From a virus (taxonomy: Duplodnaviria; Caudoviricetes), in IMG/VR virus record IMGVR_UViG_3300005973_000002: 64,000 nt of DNA; one strand, given 5' to 3'. The notes under the pieces are model-generated. The model had not been told where the DNA came from and searched no databases. It saw nothing but the letters and a program-made list of their open reading frames with translations. The position numbers were made by a program, and so were the translations under genes. Of the stretch, positions 46,119 through 56,135 are shown one piece after another; positions within the stretch are counted from its first letter, which is position 1, and every line of letters starts with the position of its first letter.

Positions 46119-49100
46119 ATGGAGAAAAAAATGGTAACTTATGAAGAGGCTTTGAAAGAATCACTTGCATACTTCAACGGAGACGATTTAGCGGCGCAAG
46201 TCTTTCTTAAGAAGTATGCTTTACAGACGCCGGAAGGTGTTTATATGGAAAAAACGCCTGAAGATATGCACCGTAGGCTAGCAAAAGAGTTTGCAAGAAT
46301 TGAAGCCAAATACGAAAACCCGTTAAGTGAAGAAAAAATATACTCGTATTTGAAAAATTTTAAATATATAGTTCCGCAAGGGTCGCCAATGGCAGGTGTT
46401 GGCAACCCATACCAAGTGATGTCACTTTCTAATTGTTTTGTTATTGAATCTCCATATGATTCTTATGGTGGTATTTGCAAGACTGATCAAGAACAAGCAC
46501 AATTGATGAAACGTCGTGGTGGGGTTGGCTTTGACATTTCTTCAATTCGACCAAAAGGGTTGTTAACAGCTAATGCCGCAAAAACAACCGATGGCATTGG
46601 GTTGTTCATGGAAAGATATTCCAACACCTGCCGGGAAGTTGCACAGGGCGGTCGCCGAGGCGCATTAATGTTAACAATTTCGGTACACCATCCTGAGATT
46701 CGTACATTTGTAAACATTAAACGAGACCTTGGAAAAGTTACAGGTGCAAATATTTCAGTTCGCCTCTCTGATGAATTCATGCAAGCTGTTAAAGACGACA
46801 AAGACGTCGAATTACGTTGGCCTGTTGAAGAAAAGAAAAATCCCTCAGTCAAAGGCAGAGTCAACGCAAGACAACTTTGGCATGAAATAATTGAATCAGC
46901 CCATGCTAGCGCAGAGCCTGGACTTTTATTTTGGGACACTGTCAGGAACTGGTCTCCTGCTGACGCTTATGAAAAACTCGGATTTGGTACAACTTCCACC
47001 AATCCGTGTGGCGAAATCACCCTTTCTCCTTATGATTCTTGCCGACTTTTGCTGGTAAATGTTGTTTCTTTCGTTAAAGAACCTTTTACCAGCAAGGCAG
47101 AAATTGATTGGAAATTGTTTGCCGAAGTTGTGCAAGCTGCTCAAAAAATGATGGACGATATCGTCGATCTTGAACTTGAGTGTATTGACAAAATTCTTGA
47201 CAAAATTGAAAAGGACCCGGAGCCAGACGACGTCAAAGCTTTAGAAAAAGCTCTTTGGAACAAAATAAAGCAGTCAGCAGCTGACGGAAGAAGAACCGGA
47301 CTTGGAGTTACAGCCATTGGTGATGCGTTGGCTGCACTCAACATTCGTTACGGAAGCGATGAATCCGTTAAAATGGTAAATGAAATTTATAAGAATCTTG
47401 CAATTAATTCCTACCGTTCGTCGGTACGTATGGCTAAAGAACGTGGCGCCTTTCCTGTGTATGATTATGAGCTTGAAAGAAATCATCCATTTATCAATAG
47501 AATAATGGATGAAGATAAAGAACTAAGAAAAATGTGGGAAAAGTATGGCAGGAGAAACATTGCAAATACTACGACAGCACCAGCTGGTTCTGTCTCAGTT
47601 TTAACACAAACCACATCGGGAATTGAGCCAGCCTTTCTTCTTTCATACACCAGAAGACGAAAAATTAATCCAGATGATGTAGATGCAAGAGTTGATTTCG
47701 TTGATGACCTTGGTGATAAATGGCAAGAATACAAGGTCTATCACCATGGATTTAAAAAATGGATGGAGGTTACCGGAAAATCAAACCCAGAAGAAAGTCC
47801 ATATCATGGTGCAACCTCTAATGATATCAACTGGGTTAATAAAGTTCGAGCCCAGGCAGCAGCCCAAAAATGGATTTGTCATTCAATTTCTAATTGTGTC
47901 TCCGCCGATACGTCCATAATGACAAACCAAGGACTTTATAAAATAGAAGAGCTAGCTCAGCACGCTAAAGTTAAAAAATTTGCTCCAATCAAACAGGATG
48001 AACTTTATTCTAGGAACAAAAATGGTCTGGTCGCAAAGATAACCGAAGCATACAATAATGGGGTTGAACAAACTTTGCGAATTCAATGCGTTGGGGGTTA
48101 TGAAATTCAATGCACTCCAAGACATCAACTGGTGACGCTCAATTTAAATGGAGATAGAATATGGAAACGAGCAGACGAACTATCCCCAGGAGATATTGTT
48201 GTTGGGCAAAAGGGACATCAACTTTGGAATTCTAAGGTTGGCGAACAAACATTAGAGGAGCTGAACGGCAGCAAGTTCAATTTTGTTAAAAACATGCAAC
48301 ACAAATCAATTAAATTTCCAAAGAAAATGAGCAAAAAGCTTGCCCGACTTCTTGGTTATATGTGCTCTGATGGTTTTGTAACCAAAACCGGAATTGGTCT
48401 TTCGCAAAGTAGAAACAATGTAAGCGAAGATTTCCAGAATTTGATTGCTGATTTGTTTGTATTACAAACTACTGTCACAAAGGATAAACGTTCGAAAACA
48501 TTACATTCTTATCGGGTTAATTCAAAGGAACTTTCACAATTTTTCCAATGGCTTGGCATAACCAAGCATGACAAAATTGAAGTTCCAAGAGTTGTGCGCC
48601 TTGCTGGTAAAAGCCATGTCAAAGAATTCATTAAGGGATTGACCTTGGATGGCCATGTTACTAAGGACAATTTGTGTGTTGCAACATCAATTAGTAAACC
48701 AATGTTGCAGCAAGTTCAAATGTTGTTGTTGAACATGGGCATAGTGGCAAATCTGATCAAAACTCACAATGGTGGAAAAGTTACGTTCCCATCTGGAAAT
48801 GTAAGCAATACACAACCGGCTTGGTCTTTATATATTTCAGACAGTGCCGAAGCTGCACGTTTCTTACGAGCAGTCGGTTTTGCAGAGACAGATAAAACCA
48901 ACAAGGCAAAAACTCTCTTTAAGAAATCTTCTAGACTAAAATTGAAGGGCGAGGTACCTGATTTTGAATTTCGTAAGAAGTTCCGACAAGGTCCGCTTAA
49001 AAAACTCAAATCAAATTCATTGTATGAAAAGTTTCAGAGTCTTTCTCACCCATCAAAGGATGGTATGAAGCTTTCACGTGAGACGCTTTTGGAAATGGCA

Positions 49101-49943
49101 GACGTGGGTCTGAAATTGCCGGAAGAATTTATATCACAAAATTGGATTTTTTGGACAATCAAATCTGTTGAAGATGCAGGAATGGTTCAAACTTATGACC
49201 TTTCTGTTCCAAACGGAAATGCATACCTGGCCAATGGGTTTACTTCACATAACACAACAAACGTGCCTGAAGATACTACCATAGAAACCATTAAAAACAT
49301 TTACATGACTGGGTGGGAAACGGGATGCAAGGGTGTAACTGTTTACCGTGATAAGAGTCGTAGCGGTGTTCTTGTTAGCTCTTCTTCTACTTCACGTGAA
49401 AAAAAGAATTTCTCTGAGAATCATGCACCGAAGCGCCCAAAAGTTCTTCCGTGCGACATTTACCATGTTCAAGTAAAAGGTGAGAAGTGGAATTTCTTTG
49501 TTGGATTGTATGAAGACAAACCTTATGAAATCTTTGCAGGAAGAGCAAAACACATTCATCTGCCAAGAAGTCGAAAGAATGGTGTTATAAAAAAGAATGG
49601 TCATTACAATCTTTACACTGGAGATGGTGAAAATGAATTGAAGATTGAAGACTTGGCCACGGTTTTTGAAAATCCAACTGAAAGTGCCTTTACTAGAACC
49701 GTATCTCTTTCATTAAGACATGGTGTTCCAATCCAATATCTTGTTGAACAAATAGAAAAGGGAGCTGATAAAGAAAATGATATGTTCTCTCTTTCAAAGG
49801 GATTGATGAGAATTCTTAAAAGGTACATTAAGGATGGCACCAAACCTTCAACAAAGAAATGTCCAGAATGTGGTTCAGCAGAACTCGCATACCAAGAAGG
49901 ATGTTTGACTTGTAAGTCATGTGGTTATTCTAAATGTGGGTAA
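46119..49943 (+). CDS. nrdJ: Class II (B12-dependent) ribonucleotide reductase with intein
   Basis: SLSNC, TNPCGE, APAGS, TSGIEP, KGVTVYRD; C-terminal Zn ribbon. Confidence 0.95.
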   Translation: MEKKMVTYEEALKESLAYFNGDDLAAQVFLKKYALQTPEGVYMEKTPEDMHRRLAKEFARIEAKYENPLSEEKIYSYLKNFKYIVPQGSPMAGVGNPYQVMSLSNCFVIESPYDSYGGICKTDQEQAQLMKRRGGVGFDISSIRPKGLLTANAAKTTDGIGLFMERYSNTCREVAQGGRRGALMLTISVHHPEIRTFVNIKRDLGKVTGANISVRLSDEFMQAVKDDKDVELRWPVEEKKNPSVKGRVNARQLWHEIIESAHASAEPGLLFWDTVRNWSPADAYEKLGFGTTSTNPCGEITLSPYDSCRLLLVNVVSFVKEPFTSKAEIDWKLFAEVVQAAQKMMDDIVDLELECIDKILDKIEKDPEPDDVKALEKALWNKIKQSAADGRRTGLGVTAIGDALAALNIRYGSDESVKMVNEIYKNLAINSYRSSVRMAKERGAFPVYDYELERNHPFINRIMDEDKELRKMWEKYGRRNIANTTTAPAGSVSVLTQTTSGIEPAFLLSYTRRRKINPDDVDARVDFVDDLGDKWQEYKVYHHGFKKWMEVTGKSNPEESPYHGATSNDINWVNKVRAQAAAQKWICHSISNCVSADTSIMTNQGLYKIEELAQHAKVKKFAPIKQDELYSRNKNGLVAKITEAYNNGVEQTLRIQCVGGYEIQCTPRHQLVTLNLNGDRIWKRADELSPGDIVVGQKGHQLWNSKVGEQTLEELNGSKFNFVKNMQHKSIKFPKKMSKKLARLLGYMCSDGFVTKTGIGLSQSRNNVSEDFQNLIADLFVLQTTVTKDKRSKTLHSYRVNSKELSQFFQWLGITKHDKIEVPRVVRLAGKSHVKEFIKGLTLDGHVTKDNLCVATSISKPMLQQVQMLLLNMGIVANLIKTHNGGKVTFPSGNVSNTQPAWSLYISDSAEAARFLRAVGFAETDKTNKAKTLFKKSSRLKLKGEVPDFEFRKKFRQGPLKKLKSNSLYEKFQSLSHPSKDGMKLSRETLLEMADVGLKLPEEFISQNWIFWTIKSVEDAGMVQTYDLSVPNGNAYLANGFTSHNTTNVPEDTTIETIKNIYMTGWETGCKGVTVYRDKSRSGVLVSSSSTSREKKNFSENHAPKRPKVLPCDIYHVQVKGEKWNFFVGLYEDKPYEIFAGRAKHIHLPRSRKNGVIKKNGHYNLYTGDGENELKIEDLATVFENPTESAFTRTVSLSLRHGVPIQYLVEQIEKGADKENDMFSLSKGLMRILKRYIKDGTKPSTKKCPECGSAELAYQEGCLTCKSCGYSKCG
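47895..49253 (+). mobile_element. Contiguous intein (453 aa) with LAGLIDADG homing endonuclease, Thr+1
   Basis: SN then CVSADT; CTPRH; LLGYMCSDG and FIKGLTLDG; TYDLSV...TSHN then TTN. Confidence 0.93.
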
Positions 49944-50030
49944 TTTGAAGCACTAGTCCACTGTTGTAACAATTTGCCACCTTCCCCTATTTATATTCTG
50001 TACCAATGTTGAGGTTCAGAAGGAAGCAGT

Positions 50031-50885
50031 GTGGGAAGGTGGCATTTTTTTAGTAGTCTAACGTGTATCGCTACACTAATAAGTCTGACCCTTGTGATGG
50101 GGTGTGGTAGTTCACTATCCTATCTATCCCGTCCAGGCAATCCAGAACAATATGAGCATTACAGAAATGCTACCGTGGCACTCGTAGAACTTACCTCGGG
50201 TGGGAACATGGTTGGTCCAAATTGTTCTGGTTTTTTTATTTCTCCTAGACGATTAGTGACCGCCGAACACTGTGTTGTGGATCAAGGACAGGTGCTTGAA
50301 TTTGCACCAGGCGTAGGACGCAGAATAATACCCGTAACACCTGAACCAACTATAGGTCGTGAAATTCTTTTCGTGTCATACGAAGATGAAGAAGACTTTT
50401 TCAGCAGGGAACACAGACCAAGCCGAGGTCCAAACTACCATCGTTCAAAAGTTATTGCTGTTGATACAGAAAACGATGTTGCCATCCTAGAATTAATTGA
50501 CGGCGAAGAGGATTGGGTAAGTTGGTTTGAGATGAGAAATCTTGAACAAGAGCCTGTGCTTGTAGGTGAAAGAGTCTTTGCCATCAGTGATCCCGTTGGG
50601 CAAACTTTTATGCTCGGCGAAGGAATCATTTCCAGAGTAAGAGTGATAGAAAACAAGGTCAGAATTTTTCATCAAGTGAGAGTAGGGCCAGGTTCTTCAG
50701 GAAGTGTCCTTTTGGATAGACAAGCAAGAGTTATAGGTGTAAACGTAGCTATTTCTCGTAACAACATATTGACAATAACCATACCTGCTACATACATCCA
50801 AGCTCAATTGAATACCCTTGAAACCCAGCGTGAGTCTCAAACAGTAGATGAAAATGCTGGACTTTCGGAGGATTTACATGAATAG
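50031..50885 (+). CDS. Trypsin-like serine protease with lipoprotein-like signal
   Basis: TAEHC, DVAIL, GSSGS triad; LVMG-C. Confidence 0.88.
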   Translation: MGRWHFFSSLTCIATLISLTLVMGCGSSLSYLSRPGNPEQYEHYRNATVALVELTSGGNMVGPNCSGFFISPRRLVTAEHCVVDQGQVLEFAPGVGRRIIPVTPEPTIGREILFVSYEDEEDFFSREHRPSRGPNYHRSKVIAVDTENDVAILELIDGEEDWVSWFEMRNLEQEPVLVGERVFAISDPVGQTFMLGEGIISRVRVIENKVRIFHQVRVGPGSSGSVLLDRQARVIGVNVAISRNNILTITIPATYIQAQLNTLETQRESQTVDENAGLSEDLHE

Positions 50886-51750
50886 ATTTTTATCATTTTT
50901 GTTTGCTTTTATTTTATCGGTTGGATGCTCAAATTCATCAGTTGGTAGTTATAGATACATTGACAATATCAATAATGTAGTGCATCTACAGCACTCTGTT
51001 GTTGTTATTGTAAACAAAAATGAAAATGGTAGATTGAGCACTCCACAATGTACAGCCTTTTATGTGTCACCTAGACGATTAGCAACAGCTCTTCACTGTG
51101 TTCAAAATTCCACTGCTCAAATGGCTACAGTAGCACCAGGTATTATAATACAAATTAATGAAGATGCAGAATCTGAACCAGTAATTGGTCGTGAAGTCTT
51201 ATTTGTAGATTGGGAAGAACATCGTAGGTTTATTCAAAATTTTGATTCAAATAGCGATCCAATAGCAAGGCATTCAACAGTTGTTGGAGTTGATCCCGAA
51301 AATGATATTGCGCTAATTGAGTTAAAAGAAGAAGAAGAAAGTTCAAGACATTGGCTTTCACTTGCCACTGATGTTAATGTAGGTGAAAAAACCTACACCA
51401 TGGGTATGCCGAGTAATCAAATATGGTTGTTGTCTGAGGGAATTGTTTCCTCAATTAGGGTTTTTCCAGACGAACGGCGTCGCATTTTATTTCAAGGCTT
51501 GGTAGCCCCAGGGGCTTCTGGTAGCCCTGTTATTGATAACTTTGGGCATGTTGTTGGTGTCACCATACAATACGTTAGAGAAGTACCGGATCTGGGGGTT
51601 GCGTCGTCGAGTCATGATTTGTTACAGCTAATGGAGCAAAACATTCAAACCGTTATTACTTTACCAATGAACAATTTAGAAGAACAAGAAGACCCAACAA
51701 CTTGCGATTCAAGTGTTTCTTCTTGTTCATTGCCAGATTCTGAAGAATAG
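50878..51750 (+). CDS. Trypsin-like serine protease paralog with lipoprotein-like signal
   Basis: TALHC, DIALI, GASGS; LSVG-C. Confidence 0.88.
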   Translation: MNRFLSFLFAFILSVGCSNSSVGSYRYIDNINNVVHLQHSVVVIVNKNENGRLSTPQCTAFYVSPRRLATALHCVQNSTAQMATVAPGIIIQINEDAESEPVIGREVLFVDWEEHRRFIQNFDSNSDPIARHSTVVGVDPENDIALIELKEEEESSRHWLSLATDVNVGEKTYTMGMPSNQIWLLSEGIVSSIRVFPDERRRILFQGLVAPGASGSPVIDNFGHVVGVTIQYVREVPDLGVASSSHDLLQLMEQNIQTVITLPMNNLEEQEDPTTCDSSVSSCSLPDSEE

Positions 51751-51758
51751 TTATATGC

Positions 51759-52445
51759 GTGATTTACACGTCTAATAGCTTACTTGAAACTTTAATAACA
51801 AAAGAAGTTTCTTCAATTCTTGAATCATTCAGAGGCTTTGATTTAGAAAAGTTAAAGCGATTAGAATATCCAAGAGAAATGACAGAATATGCCAGAAAAT
51901 ATCTTCCTAGGCTCGGCGCTGGTTCCTCTAGAGAAGTTTTCGGTTGGAAAGCTGGTAAAGTAATAAAGATAGTTCATTCCCATCATAACACTTTTCAAAA
52001 TAAAGAAGAGATTGGAGTGTATGTCAATAATCCAAATTTGCGACCGTATCTTGCCAAGATATTCGATTTCGATCAGCAGAATTATTATTGGATAATAGCT
52101 GAAGGTGTGCAGGTTATCATTGATAATGCACACTTACGTAACAAATTTACTTTACCCGAACAAATATTAACTCAATTTATGCTTCGGATGAGGAAAAACA
52201 ATCTTCCGTTTGAGGAAGTTTTAGAAGAGGCACTTGAAAGCTATAATGAAAGCTATGCTGATTTCTACGTAAAGGGTCCAAAATCTGTATCTAAAGAAGA
52301 TTTAAATTCGCTTGATTTAGAGCTGTATAAAAAATTTTTTGACTTAACTAGAATGGGCATCGATGATATCGATCGCTATGACCACTGGGGCATGACAACA
52401 TCTGGACGCATTGTTGTAGTTGATTATGGATTGACGAATGAATAA
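51759..52445 (+). CDS. Protein kinase-like fold protein
   Basis: LGAGSSREVF, VIKI, NKEE, DIDRYDHWG, VVVDYG. Confidence 0.75.
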   Translation: MIYTSNSLLETLITKEVSSILESFRGFDLEKLKRLEYPREMTEYARKYLPRLGAGSSREVFGWKAGKVIKIVHSHHNTFQNKEEIGVYVNNPNLRPYLAKIFDFDQQNYYWIIAEGVQVIIDNAHLRNKFTLPEQILTQFMLRMRKNNLPFEEVLEEALESYNESYADFYVKGPKSVSKEDLNSLDLELYKKFFDLTRMGIDDIDRYDHWGMTTSGRIVVVDYGLTNE

Positions 52446-53379
52446 TATTAAACTAAAAAGCCTAATTGAAAGTTTGGCTACGGACATTATTTTTGAAGCT
52501 ATCAATAAGTCGCCAAATGTATTTTGGCTGGTGACAGGAGTTAGTAATAGAAATCCCGAACGTATGGAGCAGCTTGCATCGGGAATCTTGCCAGGCGTTA
52601 AAGGCATTTCCGACAATAAAAAGATTCTCATGCATTTCCTTGGTATAGGAAGGAATGCAGTTTTAGTCATGCCTGCTTCAAAAGTTATTGAATTAAACGA
52701 CATATACAAAATTGACTACGAAGAACCTGAAGATTTGCTTGACAACGATATGATGCTGTTGTCAAGAATTTGGAACAAAGAACATGGAACCCCGATGGGT
52801 CGTCGAGGTGTTTTAGTAAATTTATCAGATAGGATTGCTGAAATTTTGAAGAAGAATTCAGACAGGAACATTTCTTCTATTGGCTCGGCAATTACAGGCG
52901 GTTACATTTCTCTGGAATCTAATGTACCGGAAATAAACAGTGTTACAGATCTTGCGGAGCATGTTAGAGAACGAGTTTTGGAAGGTTCTAACCAATTTAA
53001 CAGAGAAAAAAGAGAACGACTTCCTTTACAGTGGTGGAAACGAGTGGTTTCTGACGCTGTAATTGCTGGTATGCGCACATATCGCTCCGAAGGTGAGTGG
53101 GTAGTTGAAAATGATACACTCAGGGTTCCCGAAGGTTCTAGGTTGCTCGTAACGGTTACCAAACGTCCTCAAGATTTTCCTGGAGAGGTGCGAGCGCAAT
53201 TAAAAATGGGTGAGTTCCCAGGCTTTAAAGGAATAACACAAGCGCATATTTATTCCGGGCATATCATCGCAACTGTTTACAAGTATGGTTTAGATAAACG
53301 ATATGATGTAAGGTTTATAGATGCAAAGAAGTTTGAAGAAATTCAACTTAAACTACAGATGAAGCACCAATACGGATGA
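52438..53379 (+). CDS. Hypothetical protein with acidic helical leader
   Basis: 313 aa; LKSLIESLATDIIFE. Confidence 0.8.
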   Translation: MNNIKLKSLIESLATDIIFEAINKSPNVFWLVTGVSNRNPERMEQLASGILPGVKGISDNKKILMHFLGIGRNAVLVMPASKVIELNDIYKIDYEEPEDLLDNDMMLLSRIWNKEHGTPMGRRGVLVNLSDRIAEILKKNSDRNISSIGSAITGGYISLESNVPEINSVTDLAEHVRERVLEGSNQFNREKRERLPLQWWKRVVSDAVIAGMRTYRSEGEWVVENDTLRVPEGSRLLVTVTKRPQDFPGEVRAQLKMGEFPGFKGITQAHIYSGHIIATVYKYGLDKRYDVRFIDAKKFEEIQLKLQMKHQYG

Positions 53380-54044
53380 AACATTTAATCAAAATGATGG
53401 TAGAACAAGTTCTTGACGAACTTATCAGTTCAAAGGAGCCTACGGTTTACTTTGACATGGATGGTGTGCTGGCTGATTTCCAGGGTAAAGTTGAGCAAGA
53501 CATTGCCTATCAACGAGCCAAACAAGAATTTGAAAATTTAGCAGCCAAAGCTAAGCCGGAATTGCTTTCAGTACATACTGACGATTTAAAGGACATCTTC
53601 AAAGGCCGACAAGAAGATCCGGTGATGGCTAAATTAAAAAAGCTTTGGAATAAAAAACGCAATGCTTCATATGCCGTTGCTGGAAAACTTGGTCATTTTA
53701 AAAATCTTGATATTTTACCTGGCGCTAAAGAAATGATGATGGCAGCAGCTGATCTAACTAGAAAAAAGCCACACATCCTTACAGCTCCGATGGAAAGTCA
53801 TTCCAGATGCGAAGAAGAGAAAAGAGAGTGGGTTGACGAGCATTTAGCAGGTTTGTTTGATCAGTTTCATTGCACCCAGGACAAACATAATTTTGCCAAC
53901 AATGAGTGGGATATTCTTATTGATGACCGACCAAAATATGTAAATAAGTTCCGTGACGCCGGGGGTACTGCAATACTACATGTTGATCCAGGTGAAACTA
54001 TACAAAAGCTGCAAGAGTTGATTGCTAATTTGAAGGCGCAATAG
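53376..54044 (+). CDS. HAD-family 5'(3')-deoxyribonucleotidase-like
   Basis: YFDMDGVLADF, ILTAP, EKREW, LIDD. Confidence 0.88.
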   Translation: MKHLIKMMVEQVLDELISSKEPTVYFDMDGVLADFQGKVEQDIAYQRAKQEFENLAAKAKPELLSVHTDDLKDIFKGRQEDPVMAKLKKLWNKKRNASYAVAGKLGHFKNLDILPGAKEMMMAAADLTRKKPHILTAPMESHSRCEEEKREWVDEHLAGLFDQFHCTQDKHNFANNEWDILIDDRPKYVNKFRDAGGTAILHVDPGETIQKLQELIANLKAQ

Positions 54045-54064
54045 CGTGAAGGGTATTTGTCTAC

Positions 54065-55921
54065 ATGACCAAGTCACTTGAAAAATTGATTGAAGAGCTT
54101 GCAAAGGAAGCGTTGGATGAGGCTAATGCTATTTCTGCTGGTGGTGGTTCTTTACAACCTTCAGGCCAAGTAAGTGGAACCGGGGGAAACCCTCTTGGGA
54201 GAGATATGTCTGATCAACATGAAATAATGTGGTCGGGCGACGAGCCAGAAAAAAAGAAAAGAAGTTTAAAAGAAGAGGTTCTTGAGGAAGACGATCTCGA
54301 CGAGATAAGCGCTATTGGCACTGGAGCTGTTGTAGGTTATACCTTACCTCTTGGTATGAAACCTGACCATGAAACAATGGGGACCAAGAAGAAGAAAAAG
54401 AAAAGACCTAGACGCTGGTATGACGTGCATAAGGAATCACGAAATCGAACGAGGAAAAACGAACAGGTTCGAATTAAAGTATATAATGAAAAAAAAGAAA
54501 AAGTCGCTACAGCAGCAATAAAGTTTGATGGTAAAATTGCATTTTTAGATAGTGTATTCGTTGTCCCTGAGTATCATAAACAAGGGATTGGAAAACAACT
54601 TTACAAGGAAGCCAATGTTGAAGCAAAAAAACAATTTGGAGTTCCTTTAACATCAAGTGATTTCTTGACTCCGCATTCAAAAAAGATGTGGTATCACTTA
54701 TCCAAAGAAGGCGCTGCCAACAAGGTTAGTGAATCTTATCAAATGAAAGAAAGAGAGCTTGATGAGCAAGTTAGGATGCCTGGCAAATACAATTGGGGGC
54801 TGCATCCAATAGAAGGGCCACACTGGTGGAAGCATTTTTCAAAAACAGCAGACAAGATGGTTTTTGCACCTCACGCACTGACTCAAGAAGCATATGAAGA
54901 GCATAATTTGGACATTGAAGACAAAGGTATATGGGGACCAGCATCAATGTTGCGTGGACCTTCCAGACTGGTACTAGCCTACCCTAAAGAAAAAAAGATA
55001 GATATTCTTACAAACCTTAGGGATCCCAGACTAGCTTACCTACTTTCTACGAGTTTGAAATATATTCCAGAGCTTGCCGACTTCAAAGTTTATTTGGCAT
55101 CAAAATCCCCCATGTATGATGAAGACAAATTTTTGGGTAACCCTAAAGAGTTGTTAGCAAAGATTAAAGTAATTTCTGGAAGATCGCCACAATGGTCACG
55201 AGACGATGATAAAGTAGAATACACTGAGTTCAAATTTGAAGTCTTGGAAGATGTAGATGATGTTGATTGGTATCATGCAACAAGCCTTAAAAACTTAGAT
55301 TCAATAAAATCAAAAGGACTATTAACATCAAAGGAGTTTGAACAAGGCACTGGTTGGACACAGCTCAATCTACATTTGCAAGACGCAGTATATTTGACCT
55401 CTGATGAAGACTATGCACTAAGAATTGCTGAAACATTATTGGCTAGAACTGGAGTACCAGGTCTTGTCTTGAAGGTTTCAGGGCAAGCCCTAAAAGATAA
55501 AGAAAAGCTTATTGTTGATGAAGACCGTCTGAGAAATCAATATGACAGTATGTTATCCGCCGGTGAATTATTGGCTGGCATGCCTGATTATTTAAGTTCT
55601 GTGTTGGATTCGAAACTCGAAGCAGTTGGATACAAAGGAAAGATTGATCCTGGGTTCATTTCACCAGCATATGTTGTTGATGTTGAAAGAGATGAAGAGG
55701 GTAATTTTGCGGGCGAAGAAGCTGACATCTACACTTGGCAAGAGTGGAAAGCAAACTCAAGAAAGGTTGATGAAGAGTTTATTGGAAAACGAGGTGGTGT
55801 AAGCTATTTCCAAATTGGGGGTTCTTTGCCTGACCATCTATACAATAGAACCGATGATGGCAAACCAACGAGAGATCCGGGGGTTGTAGGACTTAAAAGA
55901 CCTAAAAAAAAGAAAAAATGA
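54065..55921 (+). CDS. Multi-domain protein: leader, GNAT acetyltransferase, ADP-ribosyltransferase-fold domain
   Basis: VFVVPEYHKQGIGKQLY (GNAT); WYHATSLKNLDSIKSKGLL...AVYLTSD...LVLKV (ART fold). Confidence 0.75.
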   Translation: MTKSLEKLIEELAKEALDEANAISAGGGSLQPSGQVSGTGGNPLGRDMSDQHEIMWSGDEPEKKKRSLKEEVLEEDDLDEISAIGTGAVVGYTLPLGMKPDHETMGTKKKKKKRPRRWYDVHKESRNRTRKNEQVRIKVYNEKKEKVATAAIKFDGKIAFLDSVFVVPEYHKQGIGKQLYKEANVEAKKQFGVPLTSSDFLTPHSKKMWYHLSKEGAANKVSESYQMKERELDEQVRMPGKYNWGLHPIEGPHWWKHFSKTADKMVFAPHALTQEAYEEHNLDIEDKGIWGPASMLRGPSRLVLAYPKEKKIDILTNLRDPRLAYLLSTSLKYIPELADFKVYLASKSPMYDEDKFLGNPKELLAKIKVISGRSPQWSRDDDKVEYTEFKFEVLEDVDDVDWYHATSLKNLDSIKSKGLLTSKEFEQGTGWTQLNLHLQDAVYLTSDEDYALRIAETLLARTGVPGLVLKVSGQALKDKEKLIVDEDRLRNQYDSMLSAGELLAGMPDYLSSVLDSKLEAVGYKGKIDPGFISPAYVVDVERDEEGNFAGEEADIYTWQEWKANSRKVDEEFIGKRGGVSYFQIGGSLPDHLYNRTDDGKPTRDPGVVGLKRPKKKKK

Positions 55922-56135
55922 AGTCTGAAGGGCTTTGGCACTCTTGTGAAACCGTTTGGAAAGAATGAAGTGTGCCAAAAATTTTGACATTGCAACCAAA
56001 TACATTCATGAATAGAAATTTATTCATATTTTTATGAACGGCAGTTTGAGTATATGTAATATTATAGTTGGGACATAGCATCATGATGTGTGTGGAATCC
56101 TGACGTTGTTCAAAGTTTTTCTCTACTTAAAGAGG

